Source: Cycas panzhihuaensis
Taxonomy: Eukaryota > Plantae > Cycadophyta
NCBI GenBank assembly: GCA_023213395.1
Contig: CM041465.1
Location: 138,081,741-138,145,740 of the forward strand
Direction of reading: 5' to 3'
Length of the DNA: 64,000 nucleotides
Positions 39,787 to 51,900 of this stretch are shown piece after piece; the first letter of the stretch is position 1; each line of letters begins with the position of its first letter. The notes beneath the pieces are model-generated. The model saw only the letters and a list, made by a program, of their open reading frames with translations, did no database searches and was not told where the DNA came from. Made by a program: the position numbers and the translations under genes.

Positions 39787-40626
39787 ATGGATCCGATGGT
39801 AACTATGACAGTTTTGGGAGAAAAGTTTCTGAGAGTGATCGTTGATAGGGGAGCAGCTGTGAATGTACTGCCCACCTCGACATGGTGGAAGTTGGGGAGT
39901 CCAAAGTTGGAAGCGGCAACCTATTCGTTAAAACTAGCCAATGAATTATTGGTGCAACCTATGGGAAAACTGGCCAACATCAAGGTGGATGTAGCAAGAA
40001 TTGTCGTAAAGATCGATTTTACGATTGTGGAAATGGAGAAAGGAGTAACCCCCTATCTGGCCTTATTAGGGAGACCATGGATATACAAAACCCAATGTCT
40101 CCAAAGTTGGAAAGATGTAACCTTCACCTTGTTAGATGAAGGGAATGAAGTAGTATTATCGATGTTAGGGAAGAATTACATTGAAGTGATACCTGACAAT
40201 GGTTTAAGTACAACCATTGCGAGTGAAGTAACAACTTCTTTGTTCGGCGAAGAAAATCTCTACAATACGGCCGAAGAACCTACCAAATTGATTGACCGCC
40301 AAGAAGCAGAACCGATGTACTTTGGAGAAATTTACAACTCTTTAGATGATGAAAACGGGATGGGATTTGTGGATTATTGGCTACGGGACACATATGAAGT
40401 CAACCCCTCATCCTATAGGTGTAACCTACTTTCTCGGAATGTAACTGAGGAAGTTGATATTAAATCTAAATTTGTTGATTATACGGGTATTCATAATAAC
40501 ATTAAAAACCTAGACCCAAACCCAAATACCCCTTTTAACCCAAACCCTTATCCTAATTCACCTCCTAATACCCCAACCCCTCTAACCCTAACCTTCCCTC
40601 TACCTCCAGTGTGGGTCTTGAGGTAG
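39787..40626 (+). CDS. Gypsy (Athila/Tat-like non-chromovirus) aspartic protease region with an acidic tail
   Basis: VIVDRGAAVNVLP...LKLAN...PMG...IDFTIVE...LLGRPW. An upstream gag-like LQLTIPLSQVI lies at ~39680. Confidence 0.8.
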   Translation: MDPMVTMTVLGEKFLRVIVDRGAAVNVLPTSTWWKLGSPKLEAATYSLKLANELLVQPMGKLANIKVDVARIVVKIDFTIVEMEKGVTPYLALLGRPWIYKTQCLQSWKDVTFTLLDEGNEVVLSMLGKNYIEVIPDNGLSTTIASEVTTSLFGEENLYNTAEEPTKLIDRQEAEPMYFGEIYNSLDDENGMGFVDYWLRDTYEVNPSSYRCNLLSRNVTEEVDIKSKFVDYTGIHNNIKNLDPNPNTPFNPNPYPNSPPNTPTPLTLTFPLPPVWVLR

Positions 40627-40979
40627 ATTGCCCTTCCCCATCCCAGCCCGAGGAAGGAAATAACAAACCTTCCTCATCTTCTTTAGAGGTACACCTACCT
40701 AGCGGAAGATCTTTTTCAACCATCGGCGCCAAATTTGAGAAAGAAGAAAAGGAACTCTTGAGAGTATCCCTAGATATTAGGTCTAGGAAACAAAATTGCC
40801 ACTCGGAAGAAAGAAATCATGGAGAATACGTTGGAGATTATGTGAAACCCTTTTATGGAGAACCACTATATGGAATTTCCCATTTGAGACATTGTAGAGA
40901 ACATTGGTTAGGAGAAGATCAATTAAGGGATCATAAGAAGAAATCGCCAAAGCATACCACACCAAGGAAAAGGCGGAAA

Positions 40980-41210
40980 AGGACAAGGCACGACCGCCAC
41001 CACAAGACATCGCATTTCAAGAAGGGTGATCGAGTATGGCGATTCGACAACAAATCCCAAATAACCTAAGGAGAATTGAAGATGCATTGGAAAGGCCCAT
41101 ATAGGATTGAGAAGGTGTACCGGAATGGCACTATCCAGTTGAAGAAACTATCAGGCCAGCTACTACCTGAAATGGTCAAGGGTAGTAAACTGAAACCCTA
41201 TATCAACTAG
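40980..41210 (+). pseudogene. Gypsy integrase C-terminal (GPY/F) remnant
   Basis: HDRHHKTSHFKKGDRVWRFDNK...*GELKMHWKGPYRIEKVYRNGTIQL...VKGSKLKPY. Confidence 0.8.
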
Positions 41211-41566
41211 GGTGGAGCAACTTACCAGCCGAATCAGCTGGTTGTACCATAGTGTGTTGCATGAAGTTGAGGCAAAATCGAATTACCTTAATATCGGAAC
41301 ATGATTCAGTTTGGTATGTAACATAAAATACAAAAAAAAATTATTAAAAAACAGAAAAACAACCGTAACTCATATCATACAAATCAGCAATATGGTGAAG
41401 CATGGAGGAAAGATATATCATCATACAGAAAATTGAGGGAAGGTTGAACAAAACAAAGCACCAATAGATGAGGATTTATTAACCAAGAATGGCGACAAAG
41501 CGGCGAGGCGAGGCAGAGCGACCTTAGAATAGAGAGGGGGAGGAATACCCCAAATTTTAAATTTTT

Positions 41567-42476
41567 TGTTGAGCAAGGATGCTCAACCCAATCATGTTGA
41601 CTCAGGATAGATGTTGGGACATATTGTGAAACATAGGCCTTGAGGAAGACGGAATACAGGCTGTATTGACTAAAGGAATACAGTGCGGACCGTCTGCAGG
41701 TATGCACAAGGAAGCAAGGAAAAACTAGCATTACGGGTACATATGACGGTGCATACAGGCAGATGCACCACATATACATACCAGTAGCGGAATAGAACCG
41801 AACGGAAGCGATACACATGATAGTACGAGACCAGTGGAAGCTCGAAGGCGCTGACGTGCGTGCGGATGTCTGGACCTAATGAAGACATTAGTTAAAGTGC
41901 ATAACTAATGATTAAAGTGAAAGGGTACCTTGGTGACAAAAGGTATGGTTATGACTTTGGGTCATAACCTTTCATCCAAAAGGCATCAAAGGGACATATT
42001 TAATGATGCTTTGAGGACCATTCCAGTGTGAGAGCCGAGTGATTCAATCCCATGACATACTCTCGAGGGTGAGAGCTGATTATCACGGGTACACAAAGGT
42101 GTAAGAGCCAGTACGTATGACAGCCATTTGGAGCATCATTATATGATAAGTACCATCTGGGTATGCATATGTAACAGAAGGATTGTATGCTGCTGGAATG
42201 CTCAGGAATACATTCCAGCCTCTGTGTAAATTGAATTGATTACTTAATAAAAGGAAGAGTTACGTGGAAAATGATGTATTCTTAGTGCTGTGATGATGAT
42301 TTGCTGAGTATGTATTGATTTCTGTACTGTTGTGTACCATTCCGTGAAATATATGTGAAATAGATGTGGAATGTATGTGAATAACCATGTTGACAGTATC
42401 CTGAACTAGACTATAGCACTATGTAACCTTGATAAGTGTATTGATCTCACAAGGGTGTGGAATCTATAAGTCAACA
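41567..42476 (+). repeat. Putative LTR of the 39.5-41.2 kb Gypsy derivative
   Basis: Inverted ends TGTTGA...TCAACA and a purine tract AGAGGGGGAGGAA about 20 bp upstream. No partner LTR or TSD was found. Confidence 0.4.
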
Positions 42477-43849
42477 AGTAACAAACCCTTCCTTCCTTTT
42501 CCTTAGAGGTTAGGTAGAGACAATGTCTTGGGGTTTATAAACATCATAGGGAACTGTCATTCTTGGCCTAACATAAGTAGGTATACACCCATATATGAAG
42601 CAAAGTAGATTATACTACTTACATAGGCCTTAAATAGTACCTACTTATAAAAATGAGCCTCTACATACCTTTAAGTATATCATAGAAACCTTTTAGGTTC
42701 CCCTTCCTTACGTAGTAATAGGTAAATTATCAACTGCATATTATCTATAGTGCACTAGTTATCGATTAGCATCGAAAAGTTACAATTTTCAAATACCTTT
42801 GCAGTACTCTTATGACTATAGAAATAAATATTCTTTTATAGTTAATACCCTGAGATATTAGGTTGAGTGTTAGCACTAATAAAGATGTTTATCAAAGGGC
42901 CTATATACTAGGTAAACCTATGCTAAAGTCTAGTAGAATGCCAAGTGCCTACAATTGTTGAGACTATTATGCTTCCTCAATACTGTTGTATTACCAAAAT
43001 TGCTATACTTCTATGATATGACTATATCACTAAAATTACTAGGAAAATATAAATCTACCTCAATAAATTCTCTACCATTAGTAATATAACAATGTAAGAC
43101 TACATTAACAATATAATAACTTAATAGCTTAATACTAACTTATAGTAGAGCACTAAGCACTAAGGTATTTGCTTATAATACAACATAAGTCATAACACCA
43201 AAGAATTTATAGGCTTCTCTTAACAAAACCTTCAGGTCTTCTACCTATCTAAATATTTAGTTCAAAGTCCATTGTCTAAAAGAAAGGGGAAAAAATACAT
43301 AAAGAGCCTTCGTAGGGTCACATTTAGAAATATTTCTTTGTTTTAGACAAAACCTACACCATTAGACTTAGTGTAAAATTTTTGAAAACAAAAAGAAAAA
43401 AATATCCATAATTCTAAATTAACCTTAGCTATTTATCCATCTTATTTTGATTAATGTGTCATGCTGATCATTTTACACTAGGTCAATTTTAATCAATTTT
43501 TTGGGTTAAGAGTATATAGGTACCCCATGGATCCCACATCCCAAATTCTCCATTTAGAACTCACCTACCTTATTTTAATGAGCTTTTTGTGTTTATTCTA
43601 TTATACTTGTTAAATTTACTACACATTTTTGGGCCAACAAGTTATATACACCCTACCTCACTCCCTTCCCCTCTACATTGCTTCTTGATTCTTTAGGGCC
43701 CATTCTTTCTATCTTGTCATCAATTCATTTATCTTGTTATGTCTTTCTAATCCTTTATCAAAATCCTTTCTCCTTTAATAATATGTATTTATCCCCATGG
43801 TAGCTCCCATTTAGGTAGATCATATATTAACATTGGAAACCCAACTCAT

Positions 43850-46164
43850 TAGTATACAAGATACCTAGAAAGGCGGCATGGTTAAGATAATAATAGATAT
43901 GGCAAACTTTGTCACCTAAATAGACTTTACAAGGATGATGAGGGAAATAGCAAATTTGAATGCTCAAGTGTCCAACTTCACTTTCACATCTAACTCCACT
44001 GCCAATTCACATGGTGATACTCTTTTGCCTTGTTAATAGATTCCTCCTCCCCCACCACCTGCTAATAATCATTTAACCATAATTTTAACATACTAATCTT
44101 TGATATAGTCCTTAATAAAGAATCCACCCATAGTTAGAATTTCAAGTTAGATTCTTACTTTTCTCTCAATCCTATGTCTTAAGTTGAGTAATTAATGTTT
44201 GCATTCATCCTTATATAGGGTAAGGCATATCATTGGTTCTAGTGGTGGAAATGTGAATACCCAATCAATCATATATGGGATCAATTTAATAAGAGTTTCT
44301 TTAAACAATATGAGGGAACTTGGAATCAATCCTTCTTTAATCAACCCACTTGGCTAAAGTAGGAAACATCTATGGAAGTTTATACTAATGAGTTTTAGGC
44401 TATTTAAAATAGAGTTAACCAACCTTTATGCAAAGAAATATACTCTAGGTCATGATAGAATTTGTAAAGTAGAATACATGGTGTGCAACATTGACCTATA
44501 ATGTCTTTTGAGGAAGATTCTAACTCCTATAATGAACTTGAAGATTAACAACCTTTGGAAGCTCCCCCCACCCTAAACCTAAAGTATCCTTATCTATTAT
44601 TACCTCTACCTCTTGCTTAGAAGCACTCTAAGGTAAAGGCACTTTAAGGAAGACCCCTATCACCATTTTGATCAATAGTGATGCATTGCTAAACTTCATC
44701 GATATCTCATTACCTAAATAACTTAATTTGTACATAGTACTAAAAACTAGTTTCATCTATTCCTTGCTTGGCTATCACACACTCCATTATGTTGGTACTA
44801 TAAAAAAACTTACACATCCACATTGGTACATACCATTTATTTATGGACTTCTATACTCTATCCATAAGAGGATTTGATACTATCCTTGGAGTCTAATGGC
44901 TTCAAAACTTAGGCACTTATATCACTAATAATTGCCCTAATAACCCTTTCTTTTTATTTAAAGACCAATTTGGCCAAACTCACAAACTACATGGTCTCCA
45001 ATTACCCTCATAACAAGCTCATTTTGCTTAAATAAATAAGTAAGCAATTAAACAATAGTCCAAGATATATATAGCATGTCTCAATAACATTTTGTACCAA
45101 ATAAATACTCACTTAGATAACTAAAACATCCTCACTAAATATTACACAGTTTTTTTCCCTCTTTATAGCAATGCCTCCTAGATAATAAATTTCATCATAT
45201 CATTGAACTCCAAAACCTACACAACCCTATTAACTTACACCCTCATTGAAATTTATATTTTCAAAAAAATAAAATCAAACATATTACCAATGAACTTATG
45301 CATATGGGATAATACAACCTAGAAAGAGCCTTTACTTAACCCCCATTATCCTCATATAGAAAATAGATGGCTCTTTTTAACTTTGTATTGATTATCATGA
45401 ACTTAATAAGCTTACTATAAAAAATAAAATTTCAACCCTACTAATTGATGATATGTTGGATGAAATTAATAGGGCAAATAATTTCTCAAAATTAGATATA
45501 TAATCGAGATATTATCAAATTCTCATTGCTCCTAAGGATAAGCATAAGACAACCTTCCAAATACATCATGGCCATTTTGAGTTCTAGGTCACTATTTAGC
45601 CTATCTAATGCTTCAACTATATTTCAAGCCTTAATGAATAAGACATTTACTTGATACCTTTTAAAATTTATTATTATCTTCTGTAATGATATATTCATGT
45701 ATAATCCTAATATGTTTTTACATCTCTAACATTTAGAAATTACTCTTTAGATACTCACTAAAAATCAATTTTATGCTAAAATATCTAAGTGTGAATTTAG
45801 GGAAACTAAACTATAATGCTTGGGCTATATCATTTTCTTAGAGGGTATCCACATCAATCTTGATAAAATTTTAGTCATAAAAAATTGTCCCACCTCAAAA
45901 AATCTCATATAATTATGTGTTTTCTTGGGCTAATGTGATTCTATCACCAATTAGTCAAAAACTATACTTCCATCACAACCCCCTTAACTAATATGCTTTG
46001 TAAAGACACCTTCAATGGTTACTAAGTACTAATGATGCCTTTAATCATCTAAAGATGCTTATATTAGCCACTCTAGTCCTTGCTACTCCTAACTTTTCTT
46101 AAATATTTCAACTTGAATGTGATACTTCAGGAGTTAAATTATGAGTTATCCTCATGTAGGACTC
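43850..46164 (+). pseudogene. Heavily decayed chromovirus-like Gypsy gag-PR-RT-RH, cut by the Tat insertion
   Basis: GKAYHWF*WW, LINSDA..NFI (protease), LCIDYHELNK, FSKLD, YYQI, GHFEF, NDIFMY, and RH start ECDTSG...ILM*D ending at the LTR at 46165. Confidence 0.8.
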
Positions 46165-48682
46165 TGTTTCCCAGCTACTAGGAATGGACTCGAGATGCAT
46201 CAACGCAGGTTTGTTCAGGTATATTTTCTTACTTTTCTTGCCCATGCTTGATTGAGGTTATTTAGAGTAGGTTGCTTGACATATGCCTGCCTGCACACAT
46301 TGCTTTTCTACTTGTTCATTATGCATGTGCCTACGGCACGCCATCAGCCTATGACGACTCACAACGGGGGCATTCCTCAGTGAATGCTACACCCCGTATG
46401 GCGTACAACCACCCACGGTGTCCCCACGGTCCTCCGGGATGTTTCTGTCAGTTTTATTTGTTCTTGTTGCGATATGTTACTTATGTTGCAGTCCTTCCTA
46501 AGTCCAGTTTAACCCTTAGTTAGGACTCTTTGCATTGTTTTGGGTACTTGCCCATTGCCTGGGCACTCCCTCAGCTACTCTAATTCATATTTGGCTTTGT
46601 TTTTGCCTCAAAACCTGATTTTCCTGCTCTTTTTTCTCTTTTTTTCTTTTTTTAGTTTCGGTGTCTGCGATAAACTAAGCGGTACCGCAGAGTTTGCCGT
46701 GGTACGACTGTTTGAAATTTAAAAAAAGAGAACCACGCAACAGTTTTCATTTTTTCGTGAAACTGTCGCGTGGCATTGATTGATTCGAGTTGCCTTGACA
46801 TCCCCAATGTTCACCTGCTATGAACAAGGGATAAAGGGGATTTTGCTCCCCATTTTTCAAATCTTTTTGGCCATTTTTAAAACTTCCAAGGAGAATTCCA
46901 AAGATTTTGCACAGGAAAAACTCATAGAAACAAACAACTTCATGCACAACAACTGAAGAAGAGGAAGTGAGCTGCCATCAATTTGGATTTTGAGGCCATT
47001 CTTTGCCCCCTGCTTTCCAATGACTCCATTCTTCTTGTAGGTGCTCAGAGATTCAAGGCTCTTCTTCAACCAAAAAGCTGTCCCAAAGGTCTACCCCAAA
47101 GCTCCAAGCTTGCAAGGAGCTTCCTTCAGCCATACCATTGCAGGAATTACTCATAACCAGCCTCTATTTGTCACATATTGCTGCTACTCTAAGTGGCAAA
47201 ATACATGCTTAATCTCCCATACAAGGTACTCCTGGTTTTTTACTTGCAACTTCTTGGTCTTTACTTGCAATTCCTTGGTTTTTACTTGCAACTTTCTTGT
47301 TTTTACTAGCAAGTAGTCCATTCATTTCTTTTTCTGTTTTGCCTCTTTTACTTCTAAATGAAGGTGATCCTATTTAGCCACAACTCTCCCATAGTGTTGT
47401 TCTAGACTAGGGGTACTTTCCTGGTGTTTCCTTGGAGCCCCTCCATTTTCTCTAAGCTCTCTTTTTCTCTTTCCTTAGTCAGCCAGTGCAAGGGCACATA
47501 CACGAGGATTCGAGGGAGGTAGGCGGGGTTCCGTCCCCCATTGTTGTCCTTCTCCCCAAGGGTTCCATCCCTTGTCCTTTTCCCCTTGCCATACACGCTT
47601 TCTCAAGGAATGAGCTAAAGAAGTTTAGGGGATTTTGTCAGGGCATCCCGACCGACCCAAGATAACTCGCCTCCACCTTGTTACCACCTAGTGTTTCCTT
47701 CCCGAACTCCGTGGAGTCTTCCCGTGGGTGAGTTAGCCATCCTGAGGCTATGCTCAGTTCCATTTCGTGTGTTTGTGGTATATGGCAGTGTGAGTTTCTT
47801 GTACACTTTTATTTCATTTTGCTACATTCTGATGTATAGTTTAGATCTTACTTTCGGTTGATTTTAGTCTATGCATATACGTATATTTCTTGGTAGATCT
47901 TGTGGCCTATCTTCTGAGAGGAAGGTGGCTTTCTTACTTGTTTGCAGGTTCATGCATTGGCGAAAGTGATACGCGGGACGAGCCCATTGCCGGTTAGCCC
48001 CCGCATGGTACTTCTCTTTCTTAGTTTCAAGCTTCTTTTCAGTTCCTTTCGTTTCATCTAGTTTTGCATGCTCAAGGGGAGGTAAGTAGACCCCTCTACC
48101 ACCATCGATCGGCGTTGCATGCACAGAGAAAGGAGAAAGAAGGAGCGCGACTTAGAGAGACAAGCCACATCTCCACTCAAACGCCAGATCCAGGTATTCC
48201 CCTCGCTTCTCGCGTGTTTCCTTTTGTGCCATTTCCTTTTCATGCATTTGCCTGAATAGATAGGAAAAGATAAAAGAACATAAAGGATAAAAGGGGAAAA
48301 CAAAACATTTTCTTGCATTATTTTTCTGCTTTATATAGCATAGTATAGATAGCCCATTTGTATCATACCCTTTCGTCACACCTTTCACCATATCTGCTTG
48401 CGTATTAGATTAGTTGCCCCTTGTCTTCGTTGCCTTCTCATTGCCATTGAGAAGACGTAATGCGCGAGGTGTTTCCTTTCCTTCCCGGCCATCCGAAGGG
48501 TAGGAAGGCCTTGTTTTTGCACGGCTACCTGGAAGCAACCAGGCACCTTGCAGTCCCGAACCTGCACTCCGGCACATGGACGTCCTGCGAGGTGGGATCC
48601 TCGCTGTCTGGCTTAGTTAACATAGTGCATTCTTATATTTGTTTGCTAGACGTAGGATCACCGCCCCGTAGCGAGCGTTTCA
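46165..48682 (+). repeat. 5' LTR (2518 bp) of the Tat element
   Basis: TGTTTCCCAGCT...CGTTTCA, homologous to 60422-61528 and 61529-64000. Candidate TSD GACTC at 46160-46164. Confidence 0.9.
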
Positions 48683-48683
48683 C

Positions 48684-48701
48684 TGGTGACCATACTGGGG
48701 A
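48684..48701 (+). promoter_or_regulatory. Primer-binding site, tRNA-Arg-like
   Basis: TGGTGACCATACTGGGGA 1 bp after the LTR end, resembling the TGGCGACTC..CTGGGGA PBS of Ogre/Tat elements. Confidence 0.7.
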
Positions 48702-48956
48702 CTGCCAGTAAGGGAGCTAAATTCGCTTCCCCTTCTTGCCGGTGTTCTTGCCTCTAGGTAGTTTCATTTTTCGCATTTTCAGTTGGGCAACCCCCAACGT
48801 GCACGCTTCACTTTCCCTCTTTTCCTCTTTTGTTTCTTCTAACAACACTCGCAAAGGCGTTGTATGCGATGTTTCTCACGTCACTTGTGAGGTTTGCCTC
48901 CGTTGTTAGAAGACCAATCGCTTCATTCCCTTCTGTCATCGAACCCCGATTCGACA

Positions 48957-51900
48957 ATGGAAGGTTACCCGTCCGATTGGGCTTACCATGCCATGACCTC
49001 AGGAACTCAAGAGTTCCCCGCATCTATTCCGGAATCCGCCCATAAGGGTGATGATTCCATCTACTATCCAGATGACCATTCCCATCCTAATGACTTTCGC
49101 CCTTCCGCCCATGCAGTGGAAGATTCGGCTCCTCATGAGACTCACCATCCCACAGGTGAGCCTTATGAGGAGCGTCCTGAGGGATCCCCTACGTTTGAGA
49201 TCCCGTCAACTTCGTATGGCTACGAGGATACCCCTCCTGCCGATATAGTCAAGGCGATTAGCGAGTATTTCTGAACAACTCACTGCCAACTGCATCCTAG
49301 ATGGTTTGAGGAAGTGTTGCGTAATGTAGCATCTTCCTCATCCATCCCTGCGCCTTCTACCACGATCGATGCTCTTGCCCGCGTGCACTCGTCCTACGCC
49401 ACGTCTACCCCGGCTCCCAGGGCAAGTGTTGTGCCGCCCGTTCCGAGTCATAGTCCTACTTCCTTAGGACCCATCCATGGCATGTCCTTTCCCCAACTCG
49501 GGGTTAGCATGCCATTTCTGAGCCAAACACATGCGCTGCCTTTGAACGTGGCTCATGCGTCCCCTAGTAGGCCTCGAGGTCTTGCTAGTGCCGCCGCCGT
49601 TAACTATGTAGGATCCACTCCTACATACGTTCAAAGCTCTGCTAGTGGTCCTTCCCTTTACGTGCCCCCAGGTTACGCATCTCAACCTTGGGGGCAAGCT
49701 AGGGGAAACCATCTTCCTATTTATGGGGTGGACCCATTGCACCCATATGGAGTTGCGCCACCTACGGGTGGCCCATATGGGCAAAACCTGGTCCCTCACC
49801 CGTTGTTCCCGTCATCTAGCGCAACTCCGTTCTTTGCGTCATCGTGAGGGGCATGCCTCCTTTCCGGGCGTTTACACGCAACCCCTTTCCAACAAGGGTG
49901 TTTCCCCAAGGAGGATGGGTTTACCACCCCATCATTCCTTTCTTAGATCATCGATCCATTAGCCCAAGTGAGGACCACGTCATTTCATACACTATAGGTC
50001 GGCGCCATTATGCGTTGAGGCGCTAAGGACCAACTGCGCCTCACCCTCACGAAGTTCCCAAATTCGGCGGAACTTTGTCGCATAGACCCAAGAGCATGTC
50101 TGTGGTTTCTCTATGGCGTGCATCGATTATTGGGCTTACGACCATATCCTTATGAAGTTATTTCCGCGGTCCTTGCAGGGCAACGCCCTCAAGTGGTTTT
50201 ACCGCCTTCCCGCTCATTCGATCTCTTCATTCCAGCAATTGGTGGATGAGTTCGTCAACTATTTTGACGTAGCCCGCCCATTCGAAAGCGGAATGAAGGC
50301 GCTTCTGTCGCTTAAACAATGTCACGATGAGATGAATCGTGACTTTGTGTGACGCTTTCATGATCTCCTTCACTCTACTAAGGCCACGTTGCCTGAAGAG
50401 TTGAAGCGAGATCTCTTCGTCAACGTATGTGGAAGTCCTCAAGATGGGGGCAACCATGTGTGATTCCACGATTACGAGGTGCTTGGCATTGGAGGCCATT
50501 AAGATCCAGGCTGGACTCAAGAAACCTCCTAAGCCCTACATAGCGTCGCGGGCGCCTCCTCATGAAAACCAAACCTTCGTAGCCTGCTAAGTCTACCTCT
50601 CATCCGACTGAAAGGACCCTAGATCCCCTTACCTCCAATATTCACTCATTTGAGTGCACGATGAAGGAGCTAAAACTCCAGCCTCCTTCGTCGCCGACCT
50701 CCCATAAACTAGTTCAGCAGGCTTCTTGTGCGATGCCCCCTAAAGGGCGTAACACCCAACCTTTTCAAGCAAGGAGGATCGATCCTCCCCTTGAGAAGAG
50801 GTGGTGTTCCATCCACGGGGAGTGTTTCCATGATGATGCGTGTTGCCGGGCATAGCACCCACGCGACGCCCCACCACGTGACTCGTCCCCTAGGTGGGCA
50901 TCGAGGCCTAACCTCAATCAATCCGTTCATAGAGACCCATTCCCCAAACATGGGGAACGTGGTCGTGGTGTTCAGCAAAGGAATAATCAGAATTGGGATA
51001 GATCCCCCGATTCTTGCCCTTCGCATGGTAGAGGGAAGGGTGTGTGAAGGTCAGCTTCCCTTGGCTCCCACGGCCCGTGCTCCATCACCTCCGCGGTCCC
51101 GTAACAAAGGAAAGAAGGTGATACAAATGCTTCAGACCACTCCTCTTTACGCGTTGACCCGGTCTCAAGTCGCGAAGGAGGCAACAAGCGCCTCTACGTC
51201 TGCCTCGCAGCTCCATCCCCCTCTGGAAGCCATTCCTCTGGAGATCCCTGCACTTCCCAGAAGCGTTCCCGTCCACCCCAGTAGATTCGACTTTAGGAGA
51301 GCCCTTACCCAACCCACAGGGAGGGGTAAGCCCTTCTCCGTAGTCGAAGAGCTTCTCACTGTGGCTGCCGGGATGTCCATCATGGACGTCTTGAGAAGTT
51401 GCCTTGAGTAATGAGCGCTCCTTTTGAAAGCTCTAGGATCGAATGATACGTCTGTTCACGCCTTGGGCACAACCCAAAGCGGCGAACCCGTTATCTCCTT
51501 TGATCCCAGAGATCTTCCTGCATCTAGTGGAAGGGGCATGATGGAACTTCCCTTTCACCATCACCATAGATACTCCCGATTGTACGTTGCGAAAAACTGT
51601 CGTGGACAACGGTTCTTCCGTCAATGCCATGACTTTGCGTGTTATGCAAGAGCTTGGCGTCTCTGCCTTGGAACCCGTTCCATGGCGCTGTTAGGGTTAT
51701 GACGGTACCGAGAAGACTCCCTTAGGATCTGTCTCGATACCCCTTACCCTCAAGGACAAGACTGTCATTACTGACATCGTCGTCCTTGATGTTGATGTCG
51801 ATTACAACTTGCTTCTGGGTCGACCATGGCTTGACCAAATGGGAGCCGTGTGTTCTACCCGTTGGGGGCAACTTAAATTTGTCCATAACGGGCAAATGAA

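Noticed and set aside
40510-40610. CCCTAA/AACCC-rich stretch resembling telomere repeats
   Set aside because: There is no regular TTTAGGG periodicity; it is better explained as low-complexity Pro/Asn coding.
42480-43850. Possible continuation of the minus-strand integrase, or an LTR of the plus-strand chromovirus
   Set aside because: Only weak fragments (PQDIVS; a TAGTATACAAG PBS-like site), which is insufficient.
47238-47310. Three TTTACTTGCAA units with ~21-bp period, superficially CRISPR-like
   Set aside because: A short LTR-internal minisatellite in a eukaryotic context, with near-identical 'spacers' and no cas genes.
46272-48711. Many short ORFs within the Tat LTRs (also 60526-63993)
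   Set aside because: They are not conserved in frame among the three LTR copies and are expected by chance in GC-richer DNA.
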